Positions 27,366 through 35,955 of a stretch of DNA of 45,536 bases are shown here, piece by piece. Position numbers and translations under genes: made by a program. Within the stretch, counting starts at the first letter, position 1; each line of letters starts with the position of its first letter. The notes beneath the pieces are model-generated. The model ran no database searches and had not been told where the DNA came from. It was given only the letters and a program-made list of their open reading frames with translations. This DNA comes from Escherichia phage vB_EcoS_WFI: sequence record NC_073058.1; one strand, given 5' to 3'.

Positions 27366-29408
27366 ATGGCAGCGGGTACACTATCCGTAACGAATAACAG
27401 CACCGCGGTGACTGGAGACGGCACAACGCTTACCGCGCTGAAGGCGGGCGACTTCCTGTCGCTGGTAGTAGGGCAAGTCCCTTACACTATTGCTATTGCA
27501 TCCATTGAGAGCGACACCGCGCTTACACTGGCGCTGCCGTTCGATGGCCCAACGGCAACCGGCCTCGCATGGGATAGCGTGGCGCGCGATACCATGTCCC
27601 TAGCAACGATGGGTGTAACCGTCCAGGCGCAGAAAGCACTACGCTTGATGATCGCGGATGAAAACAACTGGCGTGCAATCTTCGGCGACGCTGAAGAAGT
27701 CACGGTAACGCTGCCGAACGGGCAAGTTATGCAGGGAATGTCATGGGGCTACCTGTCATCCTTGTTAAAGGAAGTAGACCCCGTCGAAATGCGCGACCTG
27801 CAACAACAAGCCGCCGCATCGGAAGCCGCCGCGCTGGTGTCACGCAATGAGGCCGAAGGCTTCAAGAACGATGCCAATACCATCAAGACGCAGACCGACC
27901 AAATCAAGGCTGACACGCAGGCAATCCACGACGCCACCAATACGATCAAGACGCAGACCGACCAGATTAAGACCGATACGCAGGCTATCAAGGACCAGAC
28001 CAACCAGATTAAGACTGATACTGGCGTTATTCGCGATGAAGCCAATACTGCGAAGACTGACGCGCAAGCCGCCAGCACTGCCGCGCAGGGATTTCGCGAT
28101 CAGGCCGAAGAATGGGCGCAAAGCGTAAACGCGGATAATCTGCTAACTAAATCAGGAAACCTGGCAGGCGTTGCCGATGTGCAGACGTCGCGAACCAACC
28201 TCGAACTGGGGGAGGGTAACGAGCCGATTTTCAAGGGCGCCCTTGCTGTTAAATCGGCCCCCGACACCGTATCGGCACAGGGCGGAATGTTCCAGTCTAA
28301 GCTGCGGAATAGCGACGGCGACGATGTGGTTACAACGCAAAGCTACGCGGAAACACAACTTGGGGTCGGAAAGCACACGATCGGCGTAATCACGCCTTCG
28401 GGGGCACATTACTATCAACTCGACGTCGAAGGTAACTTTAACGGATTCAAGCGCCTGTCATCCGCGGCGGGTGGCGAAGTTCTCCTAAACGGCGTCGATA
28501 GTAACACCGTGCAGCTACTGTCGCTTAACCCACCAAAGCCGAACGACTACACCGGATTCACGCGGTATAACTGGCAAAATAGCGCGGTGTTTACCGGGCC
28601 GATTCGTCAGGGAGGGACGGGGCTTGAAGCCTATGAGGTCTACGTCCTGAATGCTGGCGTGGCGGAATGGCGCTACCGGTTTAGACCCGATGGAAAGATG
28701 TCCGCCAGACGACTTATCGCCGAAGGTTTCCAGACCGGCTGGGACCAGCCTAACAACTACGGGGACAGCGGTGTGTGGCTATCTGACGTCGGAAATAACG
28801 ACGGCGGCTGGGTTCCTGCAATCTCCTGGCGGTCCCAATCAACCGGCGGTTACCCTATCCGCGCCACGTGGGGGCTTATCTCTCAGGGCGCGGCGAACTG
28901 GCCCCGTGCGGCATTGCGATGCCGAGGGGATGGCGAAAACTGGACAAACTTCGAGTTCGTCGTTAACAGTTGCGATATCCAGGTCAGCGGTACATTCGGC
29001 GCGTACACGTTCTCCAAAGCGCCTACGTCCGACCGAGACCTGAAGCACGATATTAAGTACACGGAAGGGAAAGAAAGCTACGATCGCGTGATGCAGTGGC
29101 TTCCCACAATGTTTAAGTATAAAGGGTCGGAAATCCAGCGCTACGGCCTTATCGCGCAGGACCTGGTGAAAATCGATCCGCAATACGTGAAGATTATTCC
29201 AGGCGCACTTAAAAACCCGGACCTCGTAGGGGCTGAAGGATTCAAAGCCGAAGACGGCGACTACTACGACGACACGCTGGCACTTGACAGCAACGTCATG
29301 TTAACAGATATGGCGTGCGCGATGGTCTTCATGGGGCGTAAAGTGGAAGATATGCAGAAAGAACTGGAGGAATTGAAAGCTGCCGTAGCGGCACTGACCA
29401 AAGCATAA
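27366..29408 (+). CDS. tail fiber protein with C-terminal S74-type intramolecular chaperone domain
   Basis: N-terminal conserved domain; 21-aa tandem repeats TIKTQTDQIK(A/T)DTQAI; C-terminal motif TSDRDLKHDIKY...GLIAQDLVKIDPQYV typical of autocleaving chaperone domains. Confidence 0.75.
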   Translation: MAAGTLSVTNNSTAVTGDGTTLTALKAGDFLSLVVGQVPYTIAIASIESDTALTLALPFDGPTATGLAWDSVARDTMSLATMGVTVQAQKALRLMIADENNWRAIFGDAEEVTVTLPNGQVMQGMSWGYLSSLLKEVDPVEMRDLQQQAAASEAAALVSRNEAEGFKNDANTIKTQTDQIKADTQAIHDATNTIKTQTDQIKTDTQAIKDQTNQIKTDTGVIRDEANTAKTDAQAASTAAQGFRDQAEEWAQSVNADNLLTKSGNLAGVADVQTSRTNLELGEGNEPIFKGALAVKSAPDTVSAQGGMFQSKLRNSDGDDVVTTQSYAETQLGVGKHTIGVITPSGAHYYQLDVEGNFNGFKRLSSAAGGEVLLNGVDSNTVQLLSLNPPKPNDYTGFTRYNWQNSAVFTGPIRQGGTGLEAYEVYVLNAGVAEWRYRFRPDGKMSARRLIAEGFQTGWDQPNNYGDSGVWLSDVGNNDGGWVPAISWRSQSTGGYPIRATWGLISQGAANWPRAALRCRGDGENWTNFEFVVNSCDIQVSGTFGAYTFSKAPTSDRDLKHDIKYTEGKESYDRVMQWLPTMFKYKGSEIQRYGLIAQDLVKIDPQYVKIIPGALKNPDLVGAEGFKAEDGDYYDDTLALDSNVMLTDMACAMVFMGRKVEDMQKELEELKAAVAALTKA

Positions 29409-29412
29409 TTAG

Positions 29413-29436
29413 AAGGGGCCATACGGCCCCTTTTTT
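29413..29436. terminator. terminator between convergent tail fiber and leftward genes
   Basis: AAGGGGCCATACGGCCCCTT hairpin followed by TTTTTT. Confidence 0.6.
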
Positions 29437-30010
29437 AGTTTGAGTTTTCCCAATCCATTTTGCGCCGCACCAGCGGACTCTCATAATATTCCTTGCCTTC
29501 TACTTCCACCAACGGCCAATCGTTCACGATTACGTACGGTTCCGCAATATCCTCAATCACGCCGTGCGCGCTATGTTGTCCGAACGATACACCCACCAGG
29601 ATAACACCGGCAACTCGACGGGTTAGATACTCGCGAGCGCAACGGGCTTCTACCAGTCCGCGACGGATGCCGCTGGTGGCTTTGACCTCGTAGGTCCAGA
29701 CGGCGTCAATCATGTGCTCACGGAAGTCGGGGCCGGACTTAACCTTGCGCTTACCGACCATGATAATATCGCCGCGGTCGATAGTATTGGCGCTAAACAG
29801 GCCGGTACGCATAAGTAAGCCTTGCGGGATACAACTACGCCCGCCTGCCTGCCCTTCAAGGTACATGCCCGCAAACATCTCGCCCAGCACACCGACAAGA
29901 CGGCTTTGCTTGCAAGCGTCAGACTTTAAGCGCCACTGGTCAAACTCGACGCTTGCTAACATTGCCGCTATGTGGAATTGTTTACCTGTTATTTCATATT
30001 CGCCGTACAT
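29435..30010 (-). CDS. hypothetical protein, possible PD-(D/E)xK nuclease fold
   Basis: 191 aa; motif GDIIMVGKRK...IDAVWTYEVKA resembles D...E-x-K; weak. Confidence 0.4.
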   Translation of the reverse strand: MYGEYEITGKQFHIAAMLASVEFDQWRLKSDACKQSRLVGVLGEMFAGMYLEGQAGGRSCIPQGLLMRTGLFSANTIDRGDIIMVGKRKVKSGPDFREHMIDAVWTYEVKATSGIRRGLVEARCAREYLTRRVAGVILVGVSFGQHSAHGVIEDIAEPYVIVNDWPLVEVEGKEYYESPLVRRKMDWENSN

Positions 30011-30052
30011 TGTGAAGTCCTCATTGCTGCGGGCCGAAGCCCGCTATTAGAA

Positions 30053-30575
30053 TTATTTAAGTGCGCCAGTCACCAGTGTTTTTTCCATATTGCGGAAGTC
30101 TTCCGGCGTCATGAGTATTTTGGACCCGTCCTCGCCAGTGAGCACGACCATAGGCTGGACGTCCTGGGCTACGACACCGAAATTGGCGGCGTTAACCATC
30201 TTGCCCGCAGATGACGAAGGATGCCAGGTACCGGCAATGTCAAGGGGCCAACCCTTGAGGCTGTCGAATTGCGATGCCGTTGTATCGATCTGAATCTCAT
30301 CATGCACGGTCATGTGCGACTCACCCAGTAGTGCGGCATACGCAACCAGGTCAACAATATTGTCTTCCTGGTGCTTACGGTGCTGGCGCACCAGCTTCAG
30401 GCAGATCAGGAAGGTCCAGGCTTCTTGCTCTGTAAGGTCGCGACCGGTAAGCGCGTTTAAACACGGCAGCGATTTGCTTCGCGCTGCGTTCTTCTTTCGC
30501 GTTGTCATAGCCGTTCTCTTTCCCGCGCTGTTCCATAGTGGTGGCGGCGTTCTTGCAGTATTCAAATGCTTTCAT
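30053..30575 (-). CDS. hypothetical protein, reading frame apparently interrupted (+1 shift near 30455-30465)
   Basis: Two overlapping ORFs (30375..30575 and 30053..30565); protein-like sequence switches frame at GTG TTT AAA C. Confidence 0.4.
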
Positions 30576-30636
30576 GATGTTTTCCTTTTAGTGGGGGCCG
30601 GATTGCCCCCGACGCGTTAACTATAGTGCAACCAAC

Positions 30637-31107
30637 CTATTGGTTGCAAGTAAATTTTGCTACGTTTATAGAATAAATTTTCGGGACCAGATCGCCGCAC
30701 GCGCGACGTATGGCTTCGATATTCTTCGGGCAGTCTTCAATGATGACCAGTTCGGACACGTCCGCATAGCACACCATTTTGAACACCGCGCACGCCTTAA
30801 ATTCCGGCGGTGGGGTGTCATCCAGCATGTGGCGCATGAACAACCGGCCTGTCGGGAATACTTTCAACTGTTCAGCGGTAGTCTCCCAGCATTCGCGCTG
30901 CCGGTTAGTCAGATACGCTATCTCGAAGCCTTGCTCTTTGTACATGCGCAGCAACGGCAGCATGTCCATGTTCAGGTCTTCGCGGACGTGCGCTTTGTGC
31001 CACTTCGCCCAAAAGGTTGATTTGGTTTTTATGCCGGGCACCAGGTCAGCACGCGCATCACTTGAACCATTAATAACGCCATCCAGATCACAAATCAGTA
31101 GTTTCAT
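30637..31107 (-). CDS. HAD-superfamily phosphatase (polynucleotide 3'-phosphatase or nucleotidase-like)
   Basis: N-terminal motif LICDLDGVI (DxDGT-type). Confidence 0.55.
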   Translation of the reverse strand: MKLLICDLDGVINGSSDARADLVPGIKTKSTFWAKWHKAHVREDLNMDMLPLLRMYKEQGFEIAYLTNRQRECWETTAEQLKVFPTGRLFMRHMLDDTPPPEFKACAVFKMVCYADVSELVIIEDCPKNIEAIRRACGDLVPKIYSINVAKFTCNQ

Positions 31108-31328
31108 TTTAAGCTCTCAATAAGGGTGTGACGGGCGCTTCGCGCCGTAAAGGAGTTGCATACAAAATGGCAACGCTTGGTTATGACAAGCCAACCGGTA
31201 AGGTCAAGGCCCATGATGGATTCGGGTCTGGATACGCGCATCACACGGTCGCGGCGCGGGTCGATGAAGAAGTCCCATTGCATTTGGTCTACTACCGCAG
31301 GGTCGCGGTCAACGATTAAGATATTCAT
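31104..31328 (-). CDS. hypothetical protein (74 aa)
   Basis: ORF track; ATGA overlap with downstream gene. Confidence 0.4.
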   Translation of the reverse strand: MNILIVDRDPAVVDQMQWDFFIDPRRDRVMRVSRPESIMGLDLTGWLVITKRCHFVCNSFTARSARHTLIESLK

Positions 31329-31794
31329 GTAGTTCTCTCTCGCTCATTATTTCAATTTGTGCGCTGCCGATGGGCGGCGCTTCGTCAAATATTATCAATT
31401 GCTGGCACTTGTTATTGCTCGGCCCAACTTCGCCGGTCACAGCATGGATGAATCGCACACGCCAGTCCAGAAGAATTATCATGTTTGCAGTCTTCCGGGC
31501 CAGCCTCGCCCACTTCGTCGATGTGTCTTGATTCAGTAGCATTACCGTCCGGCGTCCGTGCGCAGCACACTCGACCCACGGCAGCGGATCGGAGTACGGC
31601 GGGTTGCACCACTTCCACCCTTTCAACTCTGACCAGTCCGCATCAAGCGCGCTATGCTCTGCCGTGAAGTAGCGCGGTAGCAGGTGATTGGCGTCGCTTG
31701 CAGCCATATCGTAACGAAATCGGTACTTACGGCGCAGCGGTTTAAATAAAGCTGGCGGAGTGCGCCAGCTATCCTTTTGCTCACTCTTCTGCAT
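31309..31794 (-). CDS. phage-type DNA N6-adenine methyltransferase (Dam-like)
   Basis: Motifs WRTPPALF, DMAASDANH, and NPPYS. Confidence 0.8.
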   Translation of the reverse strand: MQKSEQKDSWRTPPALFKPLRRKYRFRYDMAASDANHLLPRYFTAEHSALDADWSELKGWKWCNPPYSDPLPWVECAAHGRRTVMLLNQDTSTKWARLARKTANMIILLDWRVRFIHAVTGEVGPSNNKCQQLIIFDEAPPIGSAQIEIMSERELHEYLNR

Positions 31795-32245
31795 GGTCGG
31801 TGTCTATCGCGTAAAGGGCAATCTTTTCCCCTTTCTTCAGGATTCGCTGCAATCGCTGCGTCTCCGACACCCCCAAAGGGCGCGCGTCCGGGTAGAAGTT
31901 GCCGTTTGTTGGGTGTCGCCACGCCATAAGCACCAGGTCTTTACGGGCGACCGCAGACTGGCGGCCCTTCGGACGCACGTACGCCTCGGCACGTTTGCAA
32001 TGCTCACGCAGACCTTCAGCCGTCATGCGATTAAGCACCGCGGTGGTTGTGTATCCGGTGCGCTGCATAATCCCCATCAGTTCGAACAGCAGTTCGAAGC
32101 GCTCCTCTAACTCCTTGCGCACCTTCTCCTCACCTTCATAGCTCGCAAGGTAGGTGTCTGCCAGCGCGTTCGCGCGTTCGGCCTGTTCGCGGGCTTCGAG
32201 GCACTGCGCGGCCCAGTAATTTTTCTCTTCTTGTAAAATTTTCAT
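31781..32245 (-). CDS. hypothetical protein (154 aa)
   Basis: ORF track; overlaps neighbours. Confidence 0.5.
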   Translation of the reverse strand: MKILQEEKNYWAAQCLEAREQAERANALADTYLASYEGEEKVRKELEERFELLFELMGIMQRTGYTTTAVLNRMTAEGLREHCKRAEAYVRPKGRQSAVARKDLVLMAWRHPTNGNFYPDARPLGVSETQRLQRILKKGEKIALYAIDTDHAEE

Positions 32246-32488
32246 TTATTTAAGCTCCGTAGTGCGGATTTCATCGCGTGGGATAAATTTGCCGTCCATC
32301 TCTACCCAGCAAACACCGTAGCGCCATTGGGTATTACGGCCTGTTTGCTCGGCGTACACGGTCTGGCATTCGTAGCGGTCGACGTAGTAAATAGCCGTAG
32401 AAGGGATACCAATACAACCGGCAAACATGAGGGTTAGTATTACCCAAAATCGAAGGTCGCCATCGTAGTCGAAAAACAATGATTTCAT
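32246..32488 (-). CDS. small membrane protein (80 aa)
   Basis: ATG 32488 with RBS GGAGA; one hydrophobic helix. Confidence 0.4.
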   Translation of the reverse strand: MKSLFFDYDGDLRFWVILTLMFAGCIGIPSTAIYYVDRYECQTVYAEQTGRNTQWRYGVCWVEMDGKFIPRDEIRTTELK

Positions 32489-32568
32489 CGTAATGTCTCC
32501 AGGTATTAAAAAGGGCGTCCAACCGGACACCCTTAAGATAATGCAACCAATCTAATTACGCAACCAAT

Positions 32569-32892
32569 TTATTCATAAAAATTTGGGTCGCGCGCTACGT
32601 CTACCAGATACAAGTTGCTCATGCGGTTGCCGTAGTGCCCTGGCGTGCGCTGGCGGCACACAACGGCGAAGCCTGGAGGGATTGTATTGCCAGTCTCGAT
32701 AATCCACGCCACGCGCGCGCCAGACAGCGTCTTGCCGTTGCATTCGATACGAGTACCGCCATCAGCGGTGTTAAGGTTGCCAATCTTGCAGCCGGTGGAC
32801 TTCAGACGGATGACGCCGGTTTTGCTGTCGTAGGTGAATAACTGGTTAGTCATTGCAACCGAGAAGTCGATGGCTTCGAATGTAGTATTCAT
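32569..32892 (-). CDS. hypothetical protein, possibly degenerate HNH/AP2-like DNA-binding fold
   Basis: Pattern G.IRLKS...NGK...ARVAW...G.IP.G resembles HNH_3-type proteins but catalytic His positions are unclear. Confidence 0.3.
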   Translation of the reverse strand: MNTTFEAIDFSVAMTNQLFTYDSKTGVIRLKSTGCKIGNLNTADGGTRIECNGKTLSGARVAWIIETGNTIPPGFAVVCRQRTPGHYGNRMSNLYLVDVARDPNFYE

Positions 32893-33584
32893 TTTAAATT
32901 TTCCTCATTGACTGCTATTGCGAAGCCGCGCGGAGTGAGCGACCGGATTAATTTGGTGCGGGCAGATTTGCCACCGAGGCGACTATACTGCTTCGAGTAC
33001 CCTTTTTCAACGAATACCGGCTTTTTCTCCGGCATACGAAAGCCATTGCCGGTCCATAAACAGGTCAGCTTTGGATATGAATCGCGGTCGTTGATGTATT
33101 CCGGGAACAACGGATGTACGTCATCCTCCGGCAGATAGCCGCCATACTCCCACGGATCAAACGAGTGGTCTGGCTTGCGCCACTGGGTGGATAGCACACT
33201 GCGCGGATTCTCAATCATATATGGCACTTCAAAGAAGTCACCCAGGTAAGCGGCAATCTTCGCGGTGCGCACTGCCTTAAGCTGAAAGGCGGGGTCTTTC
33301 GCACGCTTGCACGGGAAAGCTGGCGCACCGCTCACCGCCAGATCCGTACACGGCGGAAACGCGTAGATAATATCCGGCGTGCCGAAATCGCCATTCATCG
33401 CGCGGTCCACGAAGTCCAGATCGATAAACTCGTTACGATAGCGGATACCGCGACCATAAATCCGGTAGTCAAGGTAAGACCCGTGATCGGCTTCCGAGTA
33501 GTTGAAACAGTAGCATTTATGCCCCATCTCGGCAGCGCGCTCTATCATCAAGCCGCTGCCGTCAAATAATGACCAGATAATCAC
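32889..33584 (-). CDS. short C5-cytosine methyltransferase-like protein (no obvious target-recognition domain)
   Basis: Motif I-like LFDGSG, PC motif FPPCTD, ENV-like MIENP; only 231 aa. Confidence 0.5.
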   Translation of the reverse strand: MIIWSLFDGSGLMIERAAEMGHKCYCFNYSEADHGSYLDYRIYGRGIRYRNEFIDLDFVDRAMNGDFGTPDIIYAFPPCTDLAVSGAPAFPCKRAKDPAFQLKAVRTAKIAAYLGDFFEVPYMIENPRSVLSTQWRKPDHSFDPWEYGGYLPEDDVHPLFPEYINDRDSYPKLTCLWTGNGFRMPEKKPVFVEKGYSKQYSRLGGKSARTKLIRSLTPRGFAIAVNEENLK

Positions 33585-35005
33585 TTGCGCACCTTCTTAG
33601 CTTTCATGTATTCCATCAAGTCGTCCTGGATGTCGCGCTTACCATCGCGGCGGTCCGCCACCAGTTCGTCCAGTGTCCCGCGTGCCTGGATAATATAGAC
33701 GAATACCGGTCGAGGGTGCCCGGCTTGCATCTGGCGAACTGGCCCGATACGCTCCACGATCTGCGCAAAGTGCTCATAGTTCCACGTATCCGAGAAGATA
33801 GCCAGGTGATGACCGCCGTCCTGCAAGTTAAGGCCGTGACCAGCCGATGCCGGGTGTGCGAACATGATGGGAATCTCGCCCCTGTTCCACGCTTCCATAT
33901 CCTTATTGCCCTGCTTACCCTTACCCATCGCAACGCCGTGGGGAAACTTCTTCTTCAGACGTGCCAGGTCGTGCTTGTACTGGTACGCAACGAGCAACGG
34001 CGCTCCGTTCAACTCCTCTACGATACTTTCCAGCGCGTCCAGCTTGGCGTCGTGAATCTTCTCCCACTCGTCGGTCCGCTCTCCGTCTTCGTCCACCTTA
34101 TACACGGCACCGGATGCAAGCTGAAGGCACTTGATGGTCTTAGCCGCAGCGTTCGCCGCTTCCACTGTTCCGCTTTCCAGTTCGGCAAATAGCTCACTCT
34201 CAAACTGGTCATAAATCTTGCGGGCTTTCTTCGGCAGGTCCACGACAACCGGCGTGTAGATTGGCTTGTCACATCCGAAGTATTCAGCCGCGTCCACGGT
34301 AAGGGATACATCGGACAGGCGCTGTTGGATCTCCTTCTCGGAGTTCTTTAGCGGGGCGTGCTGCATAGTGAAGCTGCCTGGCTTAACAGGCTTGCTAATA
34401 AACCAGCGATCGGTGAATGCCTTATAGCTACTGCCGAGGCGTTCGCCACCGTCGACAAACCACGTCTGACCCCATAAGTCTTTTAGCCCGTTTGGCGCTG
34501 GTGTGCCGGTAAGGTTAATCCAGCGCTTGACGTGTTTATGTGCAATCGCTGCCAGTGCGCGGGCGCGCTTGCTCCCCTGCTTGCTACGATAGCCTTTCAG
34601 CTTAGTCGATTCATCGGCAACAACCACCGTAAAGGGCCACGCATCGCCGTAATAGTCGACCAGCCACTCAACCACATCGTAGTTAACACAAACCACGTTA
34701 GCGTCGCTCTCAAGCGCGGCTATGCGGTCCTTCTCTGGTCCAGTGCCGTCTACGACCAGCAGGGATGAGAACCGCCATTTCTCCTGTTCCGGGGGCCATG
34801 TGCCGGAGGCAACGCGTAGCGGGGCCAGCACCAGTACGCGGTCCTCCTGGTTGGACAGGATGCCAGTCTGGAACATTTTGTTTAGCGCCCACATAGTCGC
34901 GCCGGTTTTACCGGACCCCATTGTCGCCCAAATATTGCAGCGCTCATGCTTGAGAATAAACGCGGTTATCAATTTCTGATATTCGCGACGTCGGAATCGT
35001 GCCAT
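33581..35005 (-). CDS. superfamily-2 DNA helicase
   Basis: Walker A TMGSGKTG and DEAD-like VVADESTK; start at 35005 with RBS. Confidence 0.75.
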   Translation of the reverse strand: MARFRRREYQKLITAFILKHERCNIWATMGSGKTGATMWALNKMFQTGILSNQEDRVLVLAPLRVASGTWPPEQEKWRFSSLLVVDGTGPEKDRIAALESDANVVCVNYDVVEWLVDYYGDAWPFTVVVADESTKLKGYRSKQGSKRARALAAIAHKHVKRWINLTGTPAPNGLKDLWGQTWFVDGGERLGSSYKAFTDRWFISKPVKPGSFTMQHAPLKNSEKEIQQRLSDVSLTVDAAEYFGCDKPIYTPVVVDLPKKARKIYDQFESELFAELESGTVEAANAAAKTIKCLQLASGAVYKVDEDGERTDEWEKIHDAKLDALESIVEELNGAPLLVAYQYKHDLARLKKKFPHGVAMGKGKQGNKDMEAWNRGEIPIMFAHPASAGHGLNLQDGGHHLAIFSDTWNYEHFAQIVERIGPVRQMQAGHPRPVFVYIIQARGTLDELVADRRDGKRDIQDDLMEYMKAKKVRK

Positions 35006-35009
35006 ATCT

Positions 35010-35234
35010 TTATTCCGCCTTTTTCCAGACTTCGGTTTCACTGTTCCAATTCCTCTTTGTGGCGTCGTAGTTGGTGGCGTGTCCAATGTGCACACCGGTC
35101 GCGCGGAAGCTCTTAAACTTCTGCCAGCACACTGTCAACGGCAGCGGGTAATTCATGCCTGCGATAAACCATACGCGATCGCCAGGTTTGCACTCTCCCA
35201 GCTTGGTGAGTCGGTAATGTTCTTTCATCGTCAT
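35010..35234 (-). CDS. hypothetical protein (74 aa)
   Basis: ORF track; tight spacing. Confidence 0.4.
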   Translation of the reverse strand: MTMKEHYRLTKLGECKPGDRVWFIAGMNYPLPLTVCWQKFKSFRATGVHIGHATNYDATKRNWNSETEVWKKAE

Positions 35235-35270
35235 GCCTCCAAAAATGGCGGGACAAGCCCGCCGTATTGA

Positions 35271-35444
35271 TTATTCTTGTTCTGCGCGATAGCGGCGCTG
35301 CCGATCACGTTCTTTCTTATTGCGGCACGATTTGCACTCGGCCCGATGCCCGTCTGGACTGCGCGCAGTCTTTCCGGTGTATTTGTGGAACTGGGATAGC
35401 GGCTTGATGCATCCGCAATTACTACAACGTTTTTCTTCAATCAT
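35271..35444 (-). CDS. small zinc-ribbon protein (57 aa)
   Basis: CSNCGC...CKSCRNKKER; RBS GAGGA. Confidence 0.45.
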   Translation of the reverse strand: MIEEKRCSNCGCIKPLSQFHKYTGKTARSPDGHRAECKSCRNKKERDRQRRYRAEQE

Positions 35445-35484
35445 TTCTAAAATCCTCGATAGGGCTAACCGGCACACTATACCG

Positions 35485-35763
35485 CTACGCGACCAATTCA
35501 GCAACCAATAAATCGCAGTCGGCTATGTTGTCAATAACGCGAACGTCAGCACCGCGGCGGGCCATTCGCTCATGTTCTCGCACCTGGTGCGGCTTCGGTT
35601 TTCCTCCGGGGCGCTTCACTTCGACGAATACTATGATGCCGTTGATGATAATAATCAGGTCGGGCGCACCTGCGCGCCCCTCCCATGCCAGCTTGCGGCA
35701 GAATCCGCCAACCTCTTTCACCCGTCGCATCAGGTGACTTTGAATATTGCCTTCTGGTGTCAT
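35485..35763 (-). CDS. VRR-NUC domain nuclease
   Basis: Motifs PDLIII..G.IVFVEVKRPGGK. Confidence 0.6.
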   Translation of the reverse strand: MTPEGNIQSHLMRRVKEVGGFCRKLAWEGRAGAPDLIIIINGIIVFVEVKRPGGKPKPHQVREHERMARRGADVRVIDNIADCDLLVAELVA

Positions 35764-35951
35764 TTGGTTTGCAACTCCACGTTACGCAGACGTAGATCTA
35801 CCGGTATGTCAGATCTACCGGTTAGCGCCAGCGCCAGGTTTTCAGGCGTGACAAGTGCCGTGATGGTCTTGCCACGTTCCAGTCTAAGGACGATGCGAAT
35901 CTCGTCATCGTCCGTCGCGCCAGCGCGCATTATGCTTAATTCTGCTTTCAT
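35760..35951 (-). CDS. hypothetical protein (63 aa)
   Basis: ORF track, start trimmed to ATG 35951. Confidence 0.35.
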   Translation of the reverse strand: MKAELSIMRAGATDDDEIRIVLRLERGKTITALVTPENLALALTGRSDIPVDLRLRNVELQTK

Positions 35952-35955
35952 AATC

